A DNA stretch of 50,350 nucleotides from Prevotellaceae bacterium (GTDB lineage: Bacteria; Bacteroidota; Bacteroidia; Bacteroidales; UBA932): NCBI GenBank assembly GCA_031274595.1, contig JAISPX010000141.1, positions 1 to 50,350 of the forward strand, in the 5' to 3' direction. Under the pieces are notes generated by a model. The model ran no database searches and was not told the DNA's origin. It saw only the letters and a list, made by a program, of their open reading frames with translations. Shown in pieces: positions 9,363-17,977 of the stretch (the stretch's first letter is position 1; the number at the start of each line of letters is the position of its first letter). Position numbers and translations under genes: made by a program.

Positions 9363-10271
9363 ATGGCAAAGAATAAGATATTAATTTTATCAACCGCTTT
9401 ATTTTTATTCGGTTGCGGAAATAGTCAAAGCGATTACGATGCTTCGGGCGTTTTTGAAACTACCGAAGTGATTGTTTCGGCGCAGGCAAACGGACAACTG
9501 ATGGAATTGAATGTTGAAGAAGGTCAGTTATTAACTGCAAATGAGCCGACAGGATACGTTGATACGATGCAACTGCATCTGAAAAAGAAACAGTTGCTGG
9601 CAAATATGCGCGCTGTTGACAGTCGTTTATATTCGGTTACCTTGCAGGTAGCAGCCATTAAGCAGCAAATTGCCAAACAGGAAACGGAATTGAAGCGTTT
9701 TCAGAATTTACTTCGTTCAAATGCGGCAACTCAAAAACAGGTGGATGACATTGCGGCGCAAATAGAGGTTTTGAATAAACAACTCGCCGCTCAAACCGAA
9801 ACGTTGGAGAATAATAACCGAAGCGTTTCAAATGAAAGTTACGCTCTGCAAATTCAAATAGAACAAGTAGTTGATTTGATTAATAAAAGTATTATAGCAA
9901 GTCCTGTGCAGGGAACTGTTTTGTCTAAATATGCCGAAGTTGGCGAAGTTGTTGCTCACGGGAAACCGTTATTTAAAATCGGAAATACGGAAAACATGTT
10001 TTTGAGAGCCTACATTACTGCCGACTTGCTGACACAAATTCATTCAGGACAAAAAGTAAGCGTTTTTGCTGATTTCGGCAAAAAAGATACAAGAAAATAT
10101 GTAGGAACGGTAACATGGATTTCGGACAGGTCGGAATTTACGCCTAAAAGCATCCAAACACGCAACGAAAGAGCCAGCCTTGTGTATGCCGTAAAAATAG
10201 CGGTAAAAAATGACGGTTATCTGAAAGTGGGAATGTACGGAGAAGTTAAATTATCCGACAAAAATAAATAA
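9363..10271 (+). CDS. HlyD-family periplasmic adaptor (membrane fusion protein)
   Basis: Lipoprotein-type signal LFLFGCG, a long Q/L-rich coiled coil and a C-terminal beta-barrel segment. Confidence 0.85.
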   Translation: MAKNKILILSTALFLFGCGNSQSDYDASGVFETTEVIVSAQANGQLMELNVEEGQLLTANEPTGYVDTMQLHLKKKQLLANMRAVDSRLYSVTLQVAAIKQQIAKQETELKRFQNLLRSNAATQKQVDDIAAQIEVLNKQLAAQTETLENNNRSVSNESYALQIQIEQVVDLINKSIIASPVQGTVLSKYAEVGEVVAHGKPLFKIGNTENMFLRAYITADLLTQIHSGQKVSVFADFGKKDTRKYVGTVTWISDRSEFTPKSIQTRNERASLVYAVKIAVKNDGYLKVGMYGEVKLSDKNK

Positions 10272-10277
10272 ATAGAG

Positions 10278-11162
10278 ATGAAAGATTTGATTGTAAAATG
10301 TTTTAATATCAGTAAATCTTACGGAAACATTAAGGCGTTGACGGATATAAATTTGAATATAGAAAAAGGCGAATTATTCGGATTAATCGGTCCTGACGGC
10401 GCTGGAAAAACCACGCTCTTTCGCATTATGGCTTCTTTGATTTTGGCAGATTCAGGAAGCGCTTTCGTTGATAATCTGGACGTAGTGAAAGATTATAAAG
10501 CGCTTCGCCGACACATTGGTTATATGCCCGGACGATTTTCACTTTATCAGGATTTAACTGTCGAAGAAAATCTGATTTTTTTTGCAAAAATATTCAATAC
10601 TTCAATTAAAGAAAATTATCATTTGATTGAAAACATTTACAAGCATATAGAGCCTTTCAAAAATCGCATGGCAGGAAAACTTTCGGGAGGAATGAAACAA
10701 AAACTTGCTCTTTCGTGCGCATTGATTCATAAACCTTCGGTTTTGTTTCTTGACGAACCGACAACAGGCGTTGACCCTGTTTCGAGAAAAGAATTTTGGG
10801 AAATATTGGGAAAACTTAAAGCGCAGGGTATTACCATCATTGCATCTACTCCTTACATGGATGAAGCAAATTTGTGCGACCGCATCGCTTTAATTCAACA
10901 TGGAAAAATACTTTCTGTTGAAACTCCGCAAAAAATTACGGCAGCATACGGCAAAAAACTTTATCGCATCAATGCAGCCGATAATTTCGCATTGCTGACA
11001 CAACTTCGCGGCAATCCTGAGGTTGCATCATGTTTGCTTTTTGGCGGATATTTGCATGTTACTTTCAAAAATGATGCTGACACTTCCATACCGAATTTGG
11101 AAATAACAGAGCCTTCGGTTGAAGACTGTTTTATAGAATTAATGACAAAATCCAATGATTAG
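10278..11162 (+). CDS. ABC transporter ATP-binding protein
   Basis: Walker A GPDGAGKTT, signature LSGGMKQK and Walker B VLFLDEPTTGVD. Confidence 0.95.
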   Translation: MKDLIVKCFNISKSYGNIKALTDINLNIEKGELFGLIGPDGAGKTTLFRIMASLILADSGSAFVDNLDVVKDYKALRRHIGYMPGRFSLYQDLTVEENLIFFAKIFNTSIKENYHLIENIYKHIEPFKNRMAGKLSGGMKQKLALSCALIHKPSVLFLDEPTTGVDPVSRKEFWEILGKLKAQGITIIASTPYMDEANLCDRIALIQHGKILSVETPQKITAAYGKKLYRINAADNFALLTQLRGNPEVASCLLFGGYLHVTFKNDADTSIPNLEITEPSVEDCFIELMTKSND

Positions 11163-11901
11163 CAAAGTAATAGAAACAAGAAACCTTACCAAACGTTTTG
11201 GTGATTTTACCGCTGTTGACAATATTAATCTGGATGTTTTCAAAGGCGAAATTTTCGGTTTTTTGGGAGCAAACGGCGCAGGAAAAACCACAGCGATGCG
11301 AATGCTTTGCGGATTGAGCAAACCAACTTCGGGACAAGGCTTTGTCGCAGGCTTTGATATTGCGCGGCAACAGGAAGATGTAAAAAAACACATCGGATAT
11401 ATGAGCCAAAAATTTTCTCTGTACGAAGATTTGAAAGTATGGGAAAACATACGACTTTTTGCAGGAATTTACAGAACAAAAAATCACGAAATTGCTGCTA
11501 AAACCGACTCTGTGCTTGCAAAAATTGGTTTATCAAGCGAGCGAAACGCTTTGGTAAAAAAAATTCCCTTGGGCTGGAAACAAAAACTGGCTTTTTCGGT
11601 AGCAGTTTTTCATAATCCCGCAATTGTCTTTTTGGACGAACCCACAGGCGGAGTTGACCCTGTTACAAGACGGCGGTTTTGGGAATTGATTTACGAAGCG
11701 GCAGCCGATGGCATCACGGTTTTTGTAACCACTCACTATATGGACGAAGCCGAATATTGCAATCGCGTATCAATAATGGTTGATGGAAAAATAGAAGCCA
11801 TAGATACTCCGCAGCATCTTCGCAGGCAATTTAACGCCAACAATATGGACGAAGTATTCCGAAAATTGGCACGCAAAGCGGAAAGAAATGATAATGGTTA
11901 A
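11155..11901 (+). CDS. ABC transporter ATP-binding protein (second ATPase, 8-nt overlap with the first)
   Basis: Walker A GANGAGKTT, degenerate signature LGWKQKL and Walker B VFLDEPTGGVD. Confidence 0.95.
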   Translation: MISKVIETRNLTKRFGDFTAVDNINLDVFKGEIFGFLGANGAGKTTAMRMLCGLSKPTSGQGFVAGFDIARQQEDVKKHIGYMSQKFSLYEDLKVWENIRLFAGIYRTKNHEIAAKTDSVLAKIGLSSERNALVKKIPLGWKQKLAFSVAVFHNPAIVFLDEPTGGVDPVTRRRFWELIYEAAADGITVFVTTHYMDEAEYCNRVSIMVDGKIEAIDTPQHLRRQFNANNMDEVFRKLARKAERNDNG

Positions 11902-12098
11902 TGATTAATGATATAATGGTTAATGGTAAAACCACCCCGCCCTTCGGGCGCCCCTCCGCAGGAGGGGAATTATCAGCCGTCATTGCGGGCTTGACCCGCA
12001 ATCTTTAAATAAAGAATGAAAAATAAAAAACAATAGTAAATCGTAAATATAAAATAGTAAATGATAAATAACTTTCAACTTTATAAACTTTATAACTA
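11891..12098 (+). repeat. Mosaic intergenic repeat: TAATG-word module, three GC-rich mini-hairpins, then GAATGAAAA / TAGTAAATCGTAAAT / AACTTTCAACTTTA modules
   Basis: Hairpins are gcccttcgggc (11939-11949), cccctccgcaggagggg (11951-11967) and attgcgggcttgacccgcaat (11982-12002). The last is shared with the 19209 and 43303 elements. The accaccccg...cccctcc...aggggaat block recurs inverted at 49847-49885. Confidence 0.85.
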
Positions 12099-12153
12099 AA
12101 AAATGGAATTATCAATAAACATAAAAAATCACATGCAACAGGCAAAAATGACG

Positions 12154-12321
12154 CGATACATCGGCAAATTGCTTCGATACATTGGCAAATTGTTTCGATA
12201 CAAATTTAAATTGCTTCGATACAATTTTAAATTGCTTCGATACAATTTTAAATTGCTTCGATACATTGACAAATTGTTTCGATACAATTTTAAATTGCTT
12301 CGTGTAAATTTCACCTTATTT
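12154..12321 (+). repeat. 21-bp head-to-tail tandem repeat, 7 units plus a degenerate 8th (cgatacaattttaaattgctt)
   Basis: Unit starts fall at 12154, 12175, 12196, 12217, 12238, 12259 and 12280, with a degenerate unit at 12301. The unit sequence is unrelated to the 752-940 array. Confidence 0.95.
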
Positions 12322-12417
12322 GCTCATTATTTCATAAGATTTTTATTAATTAACAGTATGAAAATCAAATCGTATGCCTCCACAATACCAATTATTAATT
12401 ATTAATGCTTAATCATC

Positions 12418-13533
12418 GTGAAATCGTTTTTATCATTTATACAGAAAGAATTTTACCACATTTTTCGCGATACGCGAACTGTTTTGATATTGATTGGAAT
12501 GCCTGTTGTGCAAATTATTTTGTTCGGATTTGCCGTCAGCGCCGAGGTAAAAAACACGAAAGTAGCCGTTTTCGACCCGTCAAATGACATTTCAACTCGC
12601 CGCATAATTGAACAAATCAATGCAGTCGAATATTTCAGCGTAGAATATTTTTTGACGCCAAACGAAATTCACGAGGCTTTCAAAAAAGAAAAAATCGGCT
12701 TGGGAATCGTATTCAGTGAGAATTTTAATGGAAATCTTTTCCACACCGGCGAAGCAAGTATCCAACTGCTGGCTGATGCTACCGACCCCAACTATGCCAC
12801 TTCGATAATCAACTATGCATCGAGCATTATTGCCTTGCATAAACAATCGCTGATGATAGAAAATTCTGTTTCACCAGACAAAAACGCAAAGATAATCGTA
12901 CCCCAAATGCGAATACTTTATAATCCGTCAATGAAAAGCGCATACAATTTTGTTCCCGGAGTTATGGGTTTGATTTTAATGCTTATATGCGCCATGATGA
13001 CATCTATCGCCATTGTGCGCGAAAAGGAAATGGGAACAATGGAAGTTTTACTGGTTTCGCCAATCAAGCCTTTGTATATTATTATTGCCAAAATGACTCC
13101 TTATTTTATGATTTCCTGCATCAACATGGTTACCATTTTATTGCTTTCTGTTTTTGTACTGAACGTTCCTGTTGCCGGCAGTCTGATGTTGCTGAACTGT
13201 TTGTCATTGCTGTTCATATTGGTAGCTTTGTCGCTGGGATTACTGATTTCGACTTTGGTAAACACGCAGGCTGCGGCAATACTGATTTCGGGTATGGGAT
13301 TGATGATGCCCATAATGCTTTTGTCGGGAATGATGTTTCCTGTAGAAAACATGCCCGATATTTTACAATGGTTTTCAGGGATTATTCCTGCACGATGGTA
13401 TATTGCCGCAGTAAAAAAAGTGATGATTCAGGGAGCGCCGATAGAATATGTGATTAAAGAAATCGTAATTTTGGCGTCTATGGCAGTCCTAATTATCGCT
13501 TTAAGTTTGAAAAAATCAAAAATACGACTATGA
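12418..13533 (+). CDS. ABC-2 type transporter permease
   Basis: 371 aa with an N-terminal TM, a large periplasmic loop and a C-terminal 5-TM ABC-2 core. GTG start at 12418. Confidence 0.9.
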   Translation: MKSFLSFIQKEFYHIFRDTRTVLILIGMPVVQIILFGFAVSAEVKNTKVAVFDPSNDISTRRIIEQINAVEYFSVEYFLTPNEIHEAFKKEKIGLGIVFSENFNGNLFHTGEASIQLLADATDPNYATSIINYASSIIALHKQSLMIENSVSPDKNAKIIVPQMRILYNPSMKSAYNFVPGVMGLILMLICAMMTSIAIVREKEMGTMEVLLVSPIKPLYIIIAKMTPYFMISCINMVTILLLSVFVLNVPVAGSLMLLNCLSLLFILVALSLGLLISTLVNTQAAAILISGMGLMMPIMLLSGMMFPVENMPDILQWFSGIIPARWYIAAVKKVMIQGAPIEYVIKEIVILASMAVLIIALSLKKSKIRL

Positions 13534-14636
13534 TTAAATATCTTATAGAAAAAGAATTTAAACAGATTTTCAGGAATCTAATTATTCCTAAAATTATTGT
13601 CGCCCTGCCGCTGATGGCGATGCTGGTTTTTCCTTGGGCAGCCAACCATGAAATCAAAAACATCAATGTAGATATTGTTGACAACGACCACAGCGCTTAT
13701 TCAAAACGGCTTATAAACAAAATCGCAGCATCATCGTATTTTGTACTATCCTGCGTTTCTTCCGATAACGCCGAAGCCTTGAAAAATGTTGAATCAGGAC
13801 AAACGGATATTATACTCGAAATACAACCCGATTTTGAAAAGCATTTGACAGTAGAGAGAATTGCCAATGTTATGATTTCGGCTAACGGCGTCAACGGAAT
13901 GAAAGGCATATTGAGCGCAAGCTACATGAGCGGCATTGTAGATGAATTTGCATCGGAACTCAACAGCGAACAGATTTCTACTGCTGCAAACCGCCCGACA
14001 ATCAATGTTGTTCCGCATAATTTGTTCAATGTTTTTATGGATTACAAAGTATTTATGCTTCCTGCGCTTATTGTCATGCTGCTCACTGTCATTTGCGGCT
14101 TTTTGCCCGCTTTGAATATCGTGAGCGAAAAAGAATCGGGAACTATTGAGCAAATCAATGTAACGCCTGTCGGCAAATTTGCCTTTATCATATCCAAACT
14201 TATTCCTTACTGGCTGATAGGGTTTTTCGTGTTGAATTTTTGTTTGATATTGATTGCTTTGGTATATGGATTAACTCCTGCGGGAAATATTTTTACGATT
14301 TACTTTTTTTCGGCAGTGTACATATTAGCCGTTTCGGGGATAGGTCTTGTAATTTCAAATTATTCGGAAAATATGCAGCAATCAATGTTTACAATATTTT
14401 TCTTCATCATTGTAATGATTTTAATGAGCGGGCTGTTCACGCCTGTGGCAAGCATGCCGCAGTGGGCGCAAAACATTACAATAATCAATCCGTTAAAATA
14501 TTTCATTCAGGTAATGCGAATGATATTTCTGAAAGGCAGCGCCCCGCCTCACCTCACCGAACAATTTGCAACGCTTTGCTGTTTTGCTTTGATTTTTAAT
14601 ATCTGGGCAGTATTGAGTTACAGGAAATGTAAATGA
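13530..14636 (+). CDS. ABC-2 type transporter permease (paralogue, 4-nt overlap)
   Basis: 368 aa with the same topology as the preceding gene. Shared N-terminus pattern EKEFKQIFRN versus QKEFYHIFRD. Confidence 0.9.
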   Translation: MIKYLIEKEFKQIFRNLIIPKIIVALPLMAMLVFPWAANHEIKNINVDIVDNDHSAYSKRLINKIAASSYFVLSCVSSDNAEALKNVESGQTDIILEIQPDFEKHLTVERIANVMISANGVNGMKGILSASYMSGIVDEFASELNSEQISTAANRPTINVVPHNLFNVFMDYKVFMLPALIVMLLTVICGFLPALNIVSEKESGTIEQINVTPVGKFAFIISKLIPYWLIGFFVLNFCLILIALVYGLTPAGNIFTIYFFSAVYILAVSGIGLVISNYSENMQQSMFTIFFFIIVMILMSGLFTPVASMPQWAQNITIINPLKYFIQVMRMIFLKGSAPPHLTEQFATLCCFALIFNIWAVLSYRKCK

Positions 14637-14679
14637 TTCTAAGAGCGTCAACTTCCTGCAAAATGCTTCTTATCCCAAA

Positions 14680-14750
14680 AATGGTTAATGATAATGGTTA
14701 ATGATATAATGATAAATAGTAAATCGTAAAATATAAAATAGCAAATAAAA
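14680..14750 (+). repeat. AATGGTTAATG / TAGTAAATCGTAAA word modules
   Basis: aatggttaatgataatggttaatgatataatgataaatagtaaatcgtaaaatataaaatagcaaat uses the same words as 11891-11930 and 12033-12065. Confidence 0.75.
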
Positions 14751-14806
14751 TCTCGACTTTGCAAGGCGAAACAAGTATAAACCAAACTTTGGGTGGATAA
14801 CTTAAT

Positions 14807-15406
14807 TTACCATTTATCTTTGTGGATTTTCTCGGGTTTCCATTTATCTTTGGGCGATTCTTTCATGCTTGGGTAACCTATTGGAATTACGCACAACGAC
14901 TGAATATTATCGGGATGTTCGGTAACTTTCTTCACGGCGCTCATTCTGTTTTCGTAAGGATAACTTGCCGTCCACACAGCGCCGAGTTCCAGCGCTTCGG
15001 CTGCAAGCAATATATTTTCGGTTGCCGCCGAACAATCAACATACCAATAGTTTGATTTTGTAGTATCTGCGCAAACTATTATGGCAAGCGTTGCCTGATT
15101 CAGCATTTTTGCATTCGGAAGATTTGCAGCAAGCGAATCCAAAACATTTCTGTCGGTTATCACGATAAATTCCCAAGGCTGAGTATTTTTTCCGGATGGA
15201 GCAGCCATTCCAGCACGCAACAATTTTTCAATTTTTTCGGGTTCTACCGATTTTCCTTCTATGTAATCTCTTACGCTTTTGCGATTTGCGATGTTTTCGA
15301 GTATAATTTCATTTGCAGATTTATTGTTTTCATCTGAATTTTTGCAGCAACTTATGCTTTGAACGACTAATACAGCCGATAAGATGAGAATGATTGTGTT
15401 TTTCAT
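14807..15406 (-). CDS. Nitroreductase-family protein with lipoprotein-type signal peptide
   Basis: 199 aa. The signal LILSAVLVVQSISCC is followed by a nitroreductase fold (RKSVRDY, APSGKNTQPWEF, cofactor-binding C-terminal part). Confidence 0.8.
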   Translation of the reverse strand: MKNTIILILSAVLVVQSISCCKNSDENNKSANEIILENIANRKSVRDYIEGKSVEPEKIEKLLRAGMAAPSGKNTQPWEFIVITDRNVLDSLAANLPNAKMLNQATLAIIVCADTTKSNYWYVDCSAATENILLAAEALELGAVWTASYPYENRMSAVKKVTEHPDNIQSLCVIPIGYPSMKESPKDKWKPEKIHKDKW

Positions 15407-15423
15407 GTTATTATGGTTTAATT

Positions 15424-17079
15424 TTATTTAAGATATTTATTTATCACATTGTCAGTATAAAGATAGCGTTTTATTTTTTGAGATGCTGTTTTTTCAAATT
15501 CGTCATCAAGCGCGATTACGATTGCAATACGGGATGCTCTGCTTACTCGAGTGTTTACATAAATTTTAAGTTCCTGTGAAAGTTTATCAATTATCGCTGA
15601 CAGATTTTCTTTGAATTTCGCATAATTTTTTTCCAGTTCTTCATAATTAAAACGCACCATTGCAAGCAATTTTCCTTTACGCTCAATTACCATCGACTCA
15701 ACTACGTGTTTGAAATTATTTATCACCGATTCTATTTCTTCGGGATAAATATTTTCGCCTGATGCTCCAAGAATCATATTTTTTAAGCGTCCGCGAATAT
15801 ACAATCGTCCTGTTTTGTCAACAAATCCCAAATCGCCCGAGCGAAACCATCCATCTTCGGTAAGGACTTCTGCCGTAAGTTTTTCGTCTTTGTAATAACC
15901 TTTCATGATGTTATTGCCGCGCATCCAAACTTCGCCTTCGCCTGTAACAGGATTAGGATCATTGATTTTCAGTTCGAGATTTTTCACCGGATAACCTGCC
16001 GATTCAATTTTTACACAATTAGTTACAGCCGCCGTTACCAATGGCGAACATTCCGTAATTCCATAACCTATGGCATAAGGTATTTTTTTGCCTTCAAACA
16101 AAAATCGTTCAACCACAGGGTCAAGTTTTGCGCCGCCGATACCGAAAAATATAAGCCGTCCGCCAAATGCTTCATATAATTGTTTACAGGCTTTTCTATA
16201 TATGAGTTTTCGGACAAATGCAACTCGGATTAACATCCTGATTATCAGATTGGATTTTATTTTTTTTACGATTTTTTCTCTGAAAATTTTTTCGATAATC
16301 AATGGAACTATAAGGATAAGCGTAGGGCGAATTTTTTGCAGCGCTGGCATTAAAACGCTTGCTGTTGCTGGTTTTTCCAGATAATATGTAGATGCTCCGC
16401 CGAAAACGCCCAATATCAAACCGCAACTGTTTTCATAAGTATGTGATAAAGGAAGTATCGAGAGAAAAATATCTTTTTCTGCAACTGCCTGACAGGTATA
16501 AGTTTGTTCAAGTTGACTGCATAAATTTTTGTGTGTAAGCATTACGCCTTTAGGTTTTCCCGTAGTGCCTGATGTGTAAATTATTGCAGCCAAGTCATCA
16601 GGTTGAACAGTATAGTTCAAATCGGCAGCATTTTCATTTTCGGATATTTCGTTTGTATTGTCGTAAATATCAAAACTATCCAGATTAATTTTTGCTTTAA
16701 GAGCAGTTGGCGTAGTTTCGTTTATTTTGTTTCTCAAACGTTCCGATACAAATATTGCTTTTGCTTCGGCGTGTACCAAAACATTGTTAATTTCTGACGG
16801 CGAAAAATCGGGTAGGAGTGGCACTGCTACTGCGCCCATCGATACTATTGCAAAGTATGCAATTCCCCAATTCGGCATGTTTTGCGACAAAATCGCAACT
16901 TTATCATTTACGGAAATTCCTATGTTTGAAAGCAATTTTTGTATTTGCTCTATAGATTTGCCTAACTGCTGATATGTTATAGGTTCACCTTCAACAAATG
17001 AGAAAGCAGGACAATCTTTGTACTGTTCAACACTTTGATTTATCAATTGTTGAAGCGTTTTGGGGAATATTTTTTCCAT
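15424..17079 (-). CDS. AMP-dependent synthetase/ligase (long-chain acyl-CoA ligase type)
   Basis: 551 aa with AMP-binding motifs YTSGTTGKPKGV, GYGITE and SGDLG. Confidence 0.9.
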   Translation of the reverse strand: MEKIFPKTLQQLINQSVEQYKDCPAFSFVEGEPITYQQLGKSIEQIQKLLSNIGISVNDKVAILSQNMPNWGIAYFAIVSMGAVAVPLLPDFSPSEINNVLVHAEAKAIFVSERLRNKINETTPTALKAKINLDSFDIYDNTNEISENENAADLNYTVQPDDLAAIIYTSGTTGKPKGVMLTHKNLCSQLEQTYTCQAVAEKDIFLSILPLSHTYENSCGLILGVFGGASTYYLEKPATASVLMPALQKIRPTLILIVPLIIEKIFREKIVKKIKSNLIIRMLIRVAFVRKLIYRKACKQLYEAFGGRLIFFGIGGAKLDPVVERFLFEGKKIPYAIGYGITECSPLVTAAVTNCVKIESAGYPVKNLELKINDPNPVTGEGEVWMRGNNIMKGYYKDEKLTAEVLTEDGWFRSGDLGFVDKTGRLYIRGRLKNMILGASGENIYPEEIESVINNFKHVVESMVIERKGKLLAMVRFNYEELEKNYAKFKENLSAIIDKLSQELKIYVNTRVSRASRIAIVIALDDEFEKTASQKIKRYLYTDNVINKYLK

Positions 17080-17094
17080 TATAATTTTGTTTTT

Positions 17095-17625
17095 TTAACT
17101 TTCATCTTTATCTTCGTATTCTTCATCCGGTTCATCATCAACCGTAAAATCATCATCTGGAATTAAGCCAAACAAATCTTTTTCTATATCATCGGTAATC
17201 TCGTTATCAACTTTAACAGTAACTTTTATAAGATAACTTGTATCTTCCGTATCAAGCATTATTGCATGAAAAAACTCGCCGTTTCCTTTTTCAACTTTTA
17301 TAATATAATCGCGCCAGCCAAGCGGATATTTTTCGTTCAATAATTCTATAAGTTCAGGAGCAAGTTGATTATAATTAACAACAAGTCTGCGTCTTACAGA
17401 TTGTTTTTGCGGCGTTTTTACGGGTTGATTTACTGTTGCCGTATCTGTATTTACCGGTTTTTCGTCAATTGATTTCGCGGTTTTTTTTACAGTTTCTTTT
17501 TTAGCTGCTTTTGATGCTGTTGCGTTTTTTTTAACAGATTTTTTTTCTGTAGTTTTTTTTATCGCAGCTTTTTTGGTTTTTTTGTCTGTGTGTTTTTTTG
17601 TTTGTTTTTTATTTGTTGTTGCCAT
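17095..17625 (-). CDS. Hypothetical protein: Lys/Thr-rich basic N-terminus, globular core, acidic C-terminal tail
   Basis: 176 aa. Residues 1-60 are KKxT/KKxA low-complexity (histone-H1-like), and the C-terminus is DDDFTVDDEPDEEYEDKDES. No family was recognised by eye. Confidence 0.65.
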   Translation of the reverse strand: MATTNKKQTKKHTDKKTKKAAIKKTTEKKSVKKNATASKAAKKETVKKTAKSIDEKPVNTDTATVNQPVKTPQKQSVRRRLVVNYNQLAPELIELLNEKYPLGWRDYIIKVEKGNGEFFHAIMLDTEDTSYLIKVTVKVDNEITDDIEKDLFGLIPDDDFTVDDEPDEEYEDKDES

Positions 17626-17819
17626 ATAATAAATTTTTCTAAACGTATTATAATTTTTCTAAAACTTCTGCAAGTTTAATATCATTTTTTAATATCAGGA
17701 AAAAAATTTTCGGTAAATATAAGTTCTTTTTGGCATATAATATTAATTGGAATTATCAATCAATAAGATATAAAAGTTTGCATATTTGGCAAATTAAGAT
17801 TATTTAACAAACATCTTAT

Positions 17820-17847
17820 TTTGTCCCATAATATATATTATGTTAAG
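17820..17847. promoter_or_regulatory. Solo copy of the 334-363 repeat arm containing the perfect palindrome CATAAT-ATAT-ATTATG (17827-17842), 130 nt upstream of the glutathione peroxidase gene
   Basis: tttgtcccataatatatattatgttaag matches 25 of 28 positions of the arm at 337-364. Any regulatory role is inferred only from position. Confidence 0.3.
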
Positions 17848-17977
17848 TTTGGTTTTTCGAGTACAAAATTAATGCTGAAATTCTACTACGAACCTCCTCT
17901 CTCACATAATTTTATTTTTTATCTCAGTTTTATTTATTAACTTCGCGAAAAATATTATTCAACAAAATAAATAAATT

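Noticed and set aside
12103-12405. 100-aa ORF (and antisense 12129-12314) through the second 21-bp tandem array
   Set aside because: The reasoning is the same: the ORF is a by-product of a stop-free 21-nt unit (RYNFKLL heptads). It sits inside an operon spacer made of repeats.
12987-14599. Long alternative-frame and antisense ORFs inside the permease genes (12987-13457, 13101-13352, 13794-14153, 14240-14599). Similar shadow ORFs lie at 8935-9276, 11131-11487, 23028-23363, 43568-43960, 44342-44713, 45775-46155 and 30232-30537.
   Set aside because: They fully overlap genes with clear family signatures, have odd composition (Cys/Arg/Phe-rich), and none has its own intergenic context. I treat them as frame shadows.
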